Part shown: positions 15,989 through 23,537 of the stretch, one piece after another
Layout: each line of letters opens with the position of its first letter
How positions within the stretch are numbered: the first letter of the stretch is position 1
Notes under the pieces: generated by a model
The model's input: only the letters and a program-made list of their open reading frames with translations
What the model was told of the DNA's origin: nothing
The model's database searches: none
Assembly: GCA_903820655.1 (NCBI GenBank)
Contig: CAIJIA010000032.1
Span: 1 to 24,965, forward strand
Direction: 5' to 3'
From: an uncultured Chloroflexota bacterium
GTDB lineage: Bacteria; Chloroflexota; Limnocylindria; Limnocylindrales; Limnocylindraceae
DNA length: 24,965 bases
Program-made: the position numbers and the translations under genes

Positions 15989-17420
15989 AGCAGGCTCCTC
16001 CGGGTAGGTACTTCTGAATACAGACGTACTTGCCGTTCTGTAAGAGTGAGAGGTGAAGGTGGGGTCCAGTGACATTTCCCGTTGAGCCAACGAAGGCAAT
16101 CAGCTGCCCTGCCGCCACGATGTCACCCACCTTAACGCGCCACTTCGGCTGACTAGAAACCTTCCCATCGCCGATGTGTCCGTAGATTGAAACCATGCTC
16201 TTAGAGTGGGCGATCCAGATCCAGGCGAGTGGACGCATCCCCTTCCACACCACGCAGTAGCTGCAAATGCCCGAGATCATGACCTTCCCAGCAGCCGCGG
16301 CATAGATTGGCGTCCCTGGAGCGGCCGAAATATCGAGACCGTTGTGGAGGTACGGATACCCCTTCGGGCAGGTCGAGCTCTTCGGATAGATTGGCCAACT
16401 CACACAGCCGAACTTTTGCGAGATATATGGTCGACTTCCTCCAACTGGTTTCACGAAGCCTGATCCGTTATGCACGATCGGCCACGTCCAACCGCCCTGG
16501 TAGACGGTGGGGAGGCCAGAGCCGAACTGGCCCTTCAGGAGCGCGTTCACCGTTGCGGTGACACGCGCCTCTTCGGCCTTCAGGGCGGCAACGGCAGCGG
16601 CAAGCTTCTTCTTATCGGCAATCACCTTGTCCATTGCCGCCTTCTGCGCAGCGATCGCTTTCTTCTGTGCAGCGATCGCGGCGGCGAGACGCACCTTAGC
16701 GGCGTTTAGTAGTGACACCTGCTTATCAAGGGCCGCCTTCTGCTTTGCCGCAGAGGCACGCAGCTTCTCCGTTTCAGCCCGATTCGCACGAACCTGATCT
16801 TCAATCTCCGCGAGGCGAGCTGCATCACGACTAATGCCGTCAGCGAGCTTCACATCTTCTGCGCCGAGCGCATTGAACCCGGCGATGTCGAGCAGGATGT
16901 CGGTGAAGCTTTGACCCGAGAGCAGAATCCAGAGTGGCGGTGTCTGGTCGGCAATGTATGCCTCACGAATTCGAGAGGCCAAGATCGCCTGCCGTGCTGC
17001 AAGGTCGCGCGCTTTCGCCTGTTGCGCCTTCACCAATCGACTGATCTCTGTGTCAAGGGCGTTCACTGCGGCATTCAGCTTGTTCAGCCCAGCCTGTGCC
17101 TGCTGCACGGCGGTTGAAAGCTGCGCGACCTGTGCCGTGATGCTCGTGAGTGTTGCGGTGTTTTTCGCAAGGGCTGCGCTCGTTGAGGCCAGCTGGGCGG
17201 TGAGGGCGCCCTGCTGTGCGATCAGTGCGTCAAGGGCCTTCTGCTGTGCGGCGAGTTGCGCGGCGAGCGCCTTCTGCTGGGCAAGGGCGTCATCGAGAGG
17301 GTCGCCGCGAACCGGTCCGGCCTGTGCCAAACCGAGGCCAACAGCAAGGAGGGGGATGGTGAGCAGGACGCCGAGCCGGGCGCGCCAGGTGCGTTGCGTA
17401 CGCGCAGGCGGGTGCTCCAT
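15978..17420 (-). CDS. Secreted coiled-coil protein with C-terminal M23 metalloendopeptidase domain
   Basis: Signal-peptide-like N-terminus ([22 protein letters not shown]), long A/Q/K/L heptad region, M23 Zn motifs HNGLD and GPHLH. Start at ATG 17420 with SD GGAGGAGAGGAGG. Confidence 0.9.
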   Translation of the reverse strand: MEHPPARTQRTWRARLGVLLTIPLLAVGLGLAQAGPVRGDPLDDALAQQKALAAQLAAQQKALDALIAQQGALTAQLASTSAALAKNTATLTSITAQVAQLSTAVQQAQAGLNKLNAAVNALDTEISRLVKAQQAKARDLAARQAILASRIREAYIADQTPPLWILLSGQSFTDILLDIAGFNALGAEDVKLADGISRDAARLAEIEDQVRANRAETEKLRASAAKQKAALDKQVSLLNAAKVRLAAAIAAQKKAIAAQKAAMDKVIADKKKLAAAVAALKAEEARVTATVNALLKGQFGSGLPTVYQGGWTWPIVHNGSGFVKPVGGSRPYISQKFGCVSWPIYPKSSTCPKGYPYLHNGLDISAAPGTPIYAAAAGKVMISGICSYCVVWKGMRPLAWIWIAHSKSMVSIYGHIGDGKVSSQPKWRVKVGDIVAAGQLIAFVGSTGNVTGPHLHLSLLQNGKYVCIQKYLPGGACSAY

Positions 17421-17448
17421 GTGTGACCTCCTCTCCTCCGCTACGGGA

Positions 17449-17457
17449 AGAGTATCA
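17449..17457 (-). promoter_or_regulatory. Internal extended -10 promoter (TGaTACTCT) for the M23-glgC-ybjN unit
   Basis: TGnTAnnnT match in the 40-bp gap between pepA and the M23 gene, just upstream of the SD. Confidence 0.45.
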
Positions 17458-17460
17458 GCC

Positions 17461-19053
17461 TCAGCGGCGGACGCCACCCCCCATGGCCAGCTCAACGAGC
17501 GAGGTGTGCGCCGCTCCCGTGGAGCCGCGACCGGCGAACGAGGCAGCGCTACGGCGATAGGCGGTCCCGGCAATATCGAGATGCACCCACGGCACGGTCA
17601 CGAACTCACGCAAGAAGAGGCCGCTACGGATCAGCGATGCCTCGCGTGTCCCCGAGTTCTGGAAGTCGGCCGACCAGGTCGACATGTTCTTCATATAGGC
17701 CTCCGCAAGCGGATACGGCCAGTAGACCTCCCCTGCTCGACGCGCCGCGAGGTGGAACTCATCGAGGAAGCCTGCATCGGTGCCGCAGGTGGCGGCAACC
17801 TCGCCGCCATACGCGGAATAGGCGATCCCGGTGAGCGTGGCCACGTCAACAAGATGTGTTGCACCGAGCTCTCGTTCGGCGTAGTGCAACGCGTCGCCAA
17901 GGATGAGGCGCCCTTCAGCATCGGTGTTGGTGATCTCAACACGCTTTCCATTAAGAGCTGTGACCACATCACCAGGTCGCGTGGCATTTCCGCCTGGCAT
18001 GTTCTCAACACACGCAGCCACGGCATGAATCGGGCGACCCGGGTCGAGCTGCGCAATGGTCGCAGCAGCCTCAAGTACCGCGATGGCACCATTCTTGTCG
18101 TGCTTCATCTCTTCCATTTCGGCGGGCGGCTTCAGCGAGATGCCGCCCGTATCAAAGCAGACGCCCTTACCAACCATGGCGAGGCGTCGGCCAAGAGGAT
18201 CTTTCGCGCCAGGCTTACCGCCAGAGAGCACGACGAGGCAGGGCGGATTCTTTGAGCCTTTACCGACGGCGAGCAGCATGCCAGCGCCCATGCGCTGTAA
18301 CTGTGCGGCGGTAATGATGGTGGCGCGCAGACCAACGGCGCGTGCGCGATCGCGCGCCTCCTCTGCAATGCCGAGCGGTGGCATCTCATTCGCCGGATAG
18401 TTAGACCAGCGGCGTGTGCGCACGACACCGCTCGCAATGATTTCGGCGCGACGAGCGCCCTCGTTTGCGGCGGCGAGATCGGTTCCAATTGGCACGATGA
18501 TTTCGAGCACCGTCAGCGCGGCAGGTTGCGCCTCAATCACGCTCTTTCCTCCGATCCCTTCGTGGAAGGATCCGTCAATCACGCCGCGCACAGTGAAGTC
18601 GACAGCGATCTCCGTTGCGTCGGTCTGCTTCGTAACGTTGGCAGAGAGGCCCGAACCGAACGATGCGCCACCCTCAGCGCGGAGCGCGGGTGCGGTACTC
18701 GTTAGTGCAGCGACGATGCCAGTGGCGTCAATTGCAAGGCGTGTGACCTTGCGTCCAGCGAGTCGACGCGTTGCGGCCGAAGCCCAACGCTGCAGCTCTT
18801 GTCGCCCGAAGTCGGCGCGAGCGCCAGCACCAACAAGAAGCAGGTGATCTGCAGGGAGGCGCCCAGCACTTGTCAGCGTGCAGCTGTACCGGCTGCCAGT
18901 CCCCTCGCCAATCGCGCGGAGTGCGGCGATTCGTCCGCCGCTCTTGCTGTCAATTTCACGAAGATATGGTGCGTCGAGCTGGTCGCTAAAGACTGGCGAG
19001 ACGAAGACACCCGCCTTGGCCGCAGCGCTCTTGGCTGTGATGATGATCCGCAT
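17461..19053 (-). CDS. pepA: Leucyl aminopeptidase (M17 family)
   Basis: VGKGVCFDTGGISLKP, MKHD, NTDAEGRL, ATLTG, HLDIAG. SD GAGGAGG. Confidence 0.95.
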   Translation of the reverse strand: MRIIITAKSAAAKAGVFVSPVFSDQLDAPYLREIDSKSGGRIAALRAIGEGTGSRYSCTLTSAGRLPADHLLLVGAGARADFGRQELQRWASAATRRLAGRKVTRLAIDATGIVAALTSTAPALRAEGGASFGSGLSANVTKQTDATEIAVDFTVRGVIDGSFHEGIGGKSVIEAQPAALTVLEIIVPIGTDLAAANEGARRAEIIASGVVRTRRWSNYPANEMPPLGIAEEARDRARAVGLRATIITAAQLQRMGAGMLLAVGKGSKNPPCLVVLSGGKPGAKDPLGRRLAMVGKGVCFDTGGISLKPPAEMEEMKHDKNGAIAVLEAAATIAQLDPGRPIHAVAACVENMPGGNATRPGDVVTALNGKRVEITNTDAEGRLILGDALHYAERELGATHLVDVATLTGIAYSAYGGEVAATCGTDAGFLDEFHLAARRAGEVYWPYPLAEAYMKNMSTWSADFQNSGTREASLIRSGLFLREFVTVPWVHLDIAGTAYRRSAASFAGRGSTGAAHTSLVELAMGGGVRR

Positions 19054-19078
19054 CTGATCCTCCTCGCGCCTGTGACGC

Positions 19079-20011
19079 CTACTGCTTGCTCATCTTGCGT
19101 CGGAGGTAGCCGAGTCGGCCGCCCATATCGACTGGGGCAAAGCCAAGCTCGCGCTCGACCGCATCCGTAGCGCCGATGTTATCTAGTGCCAACTGGCGCA
19201 ACTGGTCTGTTGCAACGGGGAATGGGAGGCGAATCGCCTCAGAGATGCGCGCAACAAGGGTGATGAGTGGCACCGGCATTGGAATGATGATGCGGCGCTT
19301 CCCAAGGGCACGCGCCACCTCGCGCGTGATCTCGGCGTACGTCCAGTAGCGTGGCCCGCCAAGTTCGAACGACGCCTTGATGCTCCCCTTCGGCGTATCG
19401 AGCACCTGTACGATGGCACGAGCCACATCACCAACCCAGACCGGCTGGAATCGGCTCTTCCCGTTGCCAGGAACCGGCACGGCGGGAGCTGGAATCTTGA
19501 CGAGTGCGGCGACGATATTGAAGAAGCCGTCCCGCTCGCCCCAGATGAGGCTCGGCTTCAGGATCGTCCAGTCCAGTGATGAAGCGCGAACAAAGCCTTC
19601 GCCGCGCGCCTTGGAGCTCGCGTAGTGCAACTCCGGTCGCTCCTGCACACCGAGTGCACCGAGATGAACGAAGTGCCTGATGCCGGCGGCCTCGGCAGCC
19701 GCGACGATCGTGGCGGTACCAACGGCATTAACGCGCTCAAGGTCGGCGCCGTCGTTCCAGTCGCGTGGTAGTGCCACAAGGTGCACGACCGTATCGCAGC
19801 CAGCCATCGCTGCGTCGAGCGAGGCGCGATCGTTCACCGTGCCAATCCTGGTTTCAAGTTTTCCGGGCGAGGCGGCTACGCGCGCGAGCAAGGCCGTCGC
19901 TCGTGCATCGCTGCGTACAAGGGCGGTGACGGAGTGTCCGGCGCCGAGGAGTGCTGGGAGCACGTGACTTCCGACAAAACCCGTTGCACCAGTGAGAAAG
20001 ACTCGCGCCAT
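19079..20011 (-). CDS. Atypical SDR, complex I NDUFA9-like NAD(P)-binding protein
   Basis: TGATGFVG, VVHLVA, HLGALG, YASSK, LKPSLIWGERDGFFN, FQPVWVGDVA, LGGPR. Confidence 0.85.
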   Translation of the reverse strand: MARVFLTGATGFVGSHVLPALLGAGHSVTALVRSDARATALLARVAASPGKLETRIGTVNDRASLDAAMAGCDTVVHLVALPRDWNDGADLERVNAVGTATIVAAAEAAGIRHFVHLGALGVQERPELHYASSKARGEGFVRASSLDWTILKPSLIWGERDGFFNIVAALVKIPAPAVPVPGNGKSRFQPVWVGDVARAIVQVLDTPKGSIKASFELGGPRYWTYAEITREVARALGKRRIIIPMPVPLITLVARISEAIRLPFPVATDQLRQLALDNIGATDAVERELGFAPVDMGGRLGYLRRKMSKQ

Positions 20012-20056
20012 AGAACCCCCCTATTCGCTTCTTCGGCCTCTTTGGGCCACCGTTCC

Positions 20057-20066
20057 ACTCTATGAT
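20057..20066. promoter_or_regulatory. Overlapping bidirectional -10 elements between the SDR and LysE genes
   Basis: ACTCTATGAT reads TATGAT on plus (20061-20066, 6 nt before ATG 20073) and TAGAGT on minus (20062-20057). Confidence 0.55.
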
Positions 20067-20072
20067 GCACCG

Positions 20073-20708
20073 ATGTTTGGTGCACTGCTCGCGGGGATGT
20101 TCGCAGGCTACGCAATCGCTGTCCCTGTTGGCGTGATCGCCGTCCTCATTATTGAAACGGGGATGATGGGCGGCCTCCGCCGCGGGCTTGCCGCCGGCGC
20201 CGGTGCGGCAACCGTCGACCTCCTCTTCTGCTCGTTGGCGCTCGTCGTTGGCGGCCTCCTCAACCAGCTCCTTGCGGTGGCGTTAGCGCCACTCCAGGTC
20301 CTTTCGGGCGGGATTCTGATCTCCATCGGGGTGCGCGGGCTCCTCTCGCTCCGCGCCTCGAGCACCAGCGCCGACGCGGCTACCGACCCGCGTGTGCGTG
20401 GGAGCGCGCGGCAGCTCTACCTGCGCTTCATCGCCCTCACCGCAATGAACCCTGCAACAGTCCTCTACTTCTTGGCGCTCGCTATTGGGCTCCCTGGTCT
20501 CGGGAGTGACCCAATGAACGCGGTCGCTTTCACCCTCGGCGCAGCGGGGGCGAGCCTCTCGTGGCAACTCCTGCTCGGGGCGATCGGTGCCGCTGCAGGT
20601 CGCATCCTGCCAGAACGAGCGGTCACCGCGACGCGCATCGTTGGTCAGGTGCTGATCATTGGATTCGGCACGAGCATCGCCGTGACGGCGCTGCGCAGCG
20701 TCGCTTAG
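20073..20708 (+). CDS. LysE/RhtB-family translocator
   Basis: GYAIAVPVGVIAVLII..G...G...GAGAATVD, ALTAMNPATVLYF, about 6 TM segments. Start moved to ATG 20073; the ORF-track start at 19992 overlaps the divergent gene. Confidence 0.9.
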   Translation: MFGALLAGMFAGYAIAVPVGVIAVLIIETGMMGGLRRGLAAGAGAATVDLLFCSLALVVGGLLNQLLAVALAPLQVLSGGILISIGVRGLLSLRASSTSADAATDPRVRGSARQLYLRFIALTAMNPATVLYFLALAIGLPGLGSDPMNAVAFTLGAAGASLSWQLLLGAIGAAAGRILPERAVTATRIVGQVLIIGFGTSIAVTALRSVA

Positions 20709-21706
20709 CCGATCACCACATTGCGCTCCGCAGCAAGATCGCTGCGCATCGGACGATCAATGAGGACGCGGATGCGATAGCGAAGTGAGAGCTGTGCACC
20801 GTCAAACACGGGTGGCGCATCGCTTGGAATCTCAAAGGTAATCAGGCTCCCCTTTGCGAGATCACTCGTTGGTAGCGCGGCCGCAGCAATGCGCACTGGC
20901 GGTGCCATCTTCACATCGGCATACAACTCAACCCGTGCGCCGCGGCCACCAGAGGCGCTCGGCCATCGAACGTTGACGCGCAGCTCACCGCCAGGAGCGA
21001 TGGGCGGCGCCGGATCGACGTCCATCGAGACCTCGCCCTCAGACCACGCTGCCATCATTGCTGATGGGCCGAGTGAGATCACGCCGGATCGCAGCAGGTC
21101 TGGATTTTGTGCAACATTGATGACAGCGGCGACGCGCTCATCTGCGCCTGCGGCGATATCCCACTCCACCTGCAGGGTCCACACCACCATGTAGGCACCG
21201 AGATGCACGGAGGGTGGCCCGAGTTTTGGCGCAGGTGCAAGAATTTTGAGGTCGATCTCGTCACCTGCGGCCAGTGTTGCTGGCACGGCGATCTCCAGGA
21301 GTGGAACGTTGGCGATCTCAGCGGCGACCACCTCGATCCATGTCGTAGTGTGCTCCTGATCGCCAACCTTCTCTGTGAGCGATTGCGTGATCTCGCGCAC
21401 CAAGTGTCCCTTTACAGAGACGCGCGTCCCTCGTGCCTTGATCTCTTTTGTCGCGCGCACGCGAAGGCGGGCATGAATCTCCCCGCCGACCAGGCTCCCA
21501 GGTGTCACCTCAATGGAGCCCGAGAGCGCGTCGGTGTACGGCGTGAGAAGTTCCGCACCAGTCAGAAACGCCAGCGGGTGTGCGCCGTCGCGTGCCGCCA
21601 GCGTCTCGCCGTTCAGGCGGTCGAGTGGGGCGGGGAGCGAACCGGTCTTCCCTGCATGGTGCTCCCGACCCGCAGCGCGCCAGAGGTCGAGGAAGCTGTT
21701 AGCCAC
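20705..21706 (-). CDS. Hypothetical protein with two tandem arrestin/Spo0M-like beta-sandwich domains (333 aa)
   Basis: Internal repeat: SIEVTP..GGEIHARL..ARGTRVSV..PPSVHLGAYMVVWTLQVEWD versus SMDVDP..GGELRVNV..GRGARVEL..PPVFDGAQLSLRYRIRVLID. GTG start at 21706 overlaps the HAD stop by 8 nt. Confidence 0.7.
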   Translation of the reverse strand: MANSFLDLWRAAGREHHAGKTGSLPAPLDRLNGETLAARDGAHPLAFLTGAELLTPYTDALSGSIEVTPGSLVGGEIHARLRVRATKEIKARGTRVSVKGHLVREITQSLTEKVGDQEHTTTWIEVVAAEIANVPLLEIAVPATLAAGDEIDLKILAPAPKLGPPSVHLGAYMVVWTLQVEWDIAAGADERVAAVINVAQNPDLLRSGVISLGPSAMMAAWSEGEVSMDVDPAPPIAPGGELRVNVRWPSASGGRGARVELYADVKMAPPVRIAAAALPTSDLAKGSLITFEIPSDAPPVFDGAQLSLRYRIRVLIDRPMRSDLAAERNVVIG

Positions 21707-22538
21707 GTGCAGATCCGTTCGCTGCAGCGGCAGCCAGGATGCCCGCCATCTCCGCCGCATCGCGCGCAACCCAAGTTGGCCGCTGCGCCGCCGGTAGGTC
21801 ATCGATCTGTACGGCGCCAACGCCCGCGCCGACGCCCGTCATCAAGAGAATGGAGCGACACCCCGCCGCATTCGCCGCAGCGATATCGGTCGCAGGAGAG
21901 TCGCCGATCATGATCGCGTCGCGAATGTCGCTCCCGTCAAGCGCCGCCGCTTGCAGCAGCAGGTCGGGGGCCGGCTTCCCAATCGCCGTCGCGCGCACAC
22001 CGGTCGCCGCCTCAAGTGCCGCCACCGCCGCGCCCGTGCCCGGCACGAGGCGGCCAGGATCTGGATAGTTGGCGTCGCGATTCGGCACGATGAGTGGGGC
22101 ACCGGCACGCACCGCATCCGTGGCGACGGCAAGGTCGTGCCAATCGGACTCGCGATCAAGGCCCACCGTCACCGCATCAACCCCCCACACGGCGAGCGAC
22201 TCTGGTCCATCAAACTCGGCGGTGCGGCAAGCGTCGAGCCCCGCATCGCGCAGCTCGGCGGCGAGCCCCTCTGCCCCGTAGACCAAGATGTGGCGATAGC
22301 CCGCATCAACAAAGTGCTGCGCGACGGCTGAGGCGGCGGTGATGATGCCGTGCGTTGAGAGCGGCGCACCACACGCCTCGATGCGTGAGCGATACTCAAC
22401 GCGGCGAAGGAAGCTGTTATTGGTGACATAGATCACGCGGTCGCCGCCGGCCACGCGCTCGGTCAGGAGCGGGCCAACGCCAGGGACCGGCTCACTGCCG
22501 CGGTAGACAACCCCGTCAAGGTCAACACAAAGGAGCAT
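21699..22538 (-). CDS. HAD-IIA (NagD-like) phosphatase
   Basis: Motif I DLDGVVY, motif II VTNNS, cap NRDANYP, motif III GKP, motif IV GDSPATDI. Confidence 0.92.
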   Translation of the reverse strand: MLLCVDLDGVVYRGSEPVPGVGPLLTERVAGGDRVIYVTNNSFLRRVEYRSRIEACGAPLSTHGIITAASAVAQHFVDAGYRHILVYGAEGLAAELRDAGLDACRTAEFDGPESLAVWGVDAVTVGLDRESDWHDLAVATDAVRAGAPLIVPNRDANYPDPGRLVPGTGAAVAALEAATGVRATAIGKPAPDLLLQAAALDGSDIRDAIMIGDSPATDIAAANAAGCRSILLMTGVGAGVGAVQIDDLPAAQRPTWVARDAAEMAGILAAAAANGSARG

Positions 22539-22544
22539 GCAGCG

Positions 22545-23048
22545 ATGGTAGATCAGGAGCGCGTCACCCTACGCAACGCGAAGCGCCTGCTGGTGGATGG
22601 CAACAACCTCGTCGGTGGCCGAGATGAGGGGCGCCTGAACAACCTCGAGGCGACGCTGCGTCGGACCATCACCCCAGGGGTCGCGATCGAAGTCTTCCGT
22701 GATGGGGGTGCCCGCTCCGCCGATGACAAGATCGTGGAGGCGATCGGCGCACCAGATCCTGGCTCAGCCGACCGCATCGTTGTCATTACCGATGACCGTG
22801 GCTTGGCCGCAAGGTGCACGGCCCTCGGCACCTCCGTCGTTAGTGCTCGCTACTTTCGTGACGCCATCGGCGGCCCACCGCGTGCCCCCCTCGCTGGAAC
22901 GGGCGCACGCCCTCCGAGCATCGGCGGAACCGGTCCGCGACGTGCGGCGCCAGGTAAAGATGAGGGCGACTCCGAACGACGCTGGCGACCGGGGCGCGGG
23001 GCGACCCAGAAGCGCGGCCCCTCAACGCGTCCGCCGCGCCCCCGCTAG
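22545..23048 (+). CDS. NYN/YacP (Rae1)-like PIN-fold nuclease with basic disordered tail
   Basis: LLVDGNNL, SADDKI, VVITDDRGL, GTSVVS. SD AAGGAG at 22530-22535. R/P/G-rich C-terminal ~55 aa. Confidence 0.75.
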   Translation: MVDQERVTLRNAKRLLVDGNNLVGGRDEGRLNNLEATLRRTITPGVAIEVFRDGGARSADDKIVEAIGAPDPGSADRIVVITDDRGLAARCTALGTSVVSARYFRDAIGGPPRAPLAGTGARPPSIGGTGPRRAAPGKDEGDSERRWRPGRGATQKRGPSTRPPRPR

Positions 23049-23057
23049 GATCCATCT

Positions 23058-23537
23058 ATGAGTGACATTGGTGCGCGCATCGCCGAGTTCTTCGCCTGGC
23101 TCAGCACGATCGTCCCCGCCTTTGTCACCCCAGACTGGGCCGCCCTGATCGGTCTCCTCCCCCTCTTTCTCGCCCCCCTCGTCCTGCTTTGGCTCCTCTC
23201 AACGGGTGGCATCTGGACGCTGGTCGGCATCACGAAGCGTGGGGCACAACTGAAGGTCGGTGCTCCGCTCCCCGCCCCCGCGCCGCTCGGTGCCGATGGG
23301 CGACCACACTTTCCCGCCGGGCGACCATATGCCGCTAGCGAGGCGGCGATCTACCCGAATGGGAGCACCCGCTCACTCCGTGGCGAGCCGCTCCTGATCG
23401 CCTGCCCGAGCTGCCTTGCGGTTCGCATTGCTGAGCGCAGCACCTGCGACGCCTGCGGCCTCGAGCTGCGCGCCCGAACGCCGAGCGCATTGGAGCGCCC
23501 TGCTGCACCGCCTCCCGGCGGCGCGGCTCGCGCCTAA
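23058..23537 (+). CDS. Membrane-anchored zinc-ribbon protein (CPSC-x10-CDAC)
   Basis: Hydrophobic N-terminal ~55 aa, Pro-rich linker, and one CxxC..CxxC pair. Gaps to neighbours are 9 bp and 0 bp. Confidence 0.75.
   Translation: MSDIGARIAEFFAWLSTIVPAFVTPDWAALIGLLPLFLAPLVLLWLLSTGGIWTLVGITKRGAQLKVGAPLPAPAPLGADGRPHFPAGRPYAASEAAIYPNGSTRSLRGEPLLIACPSCLAVRIAERSTCDACGLELRARTPSALERPAAPPPGGAARA

Noticed and set aside
15978-17420. Calling the M23 protein EnvC
   Set aside because: EnvC lacks the Zn ligands, whereas this protein keeps HxxxD and HxH.
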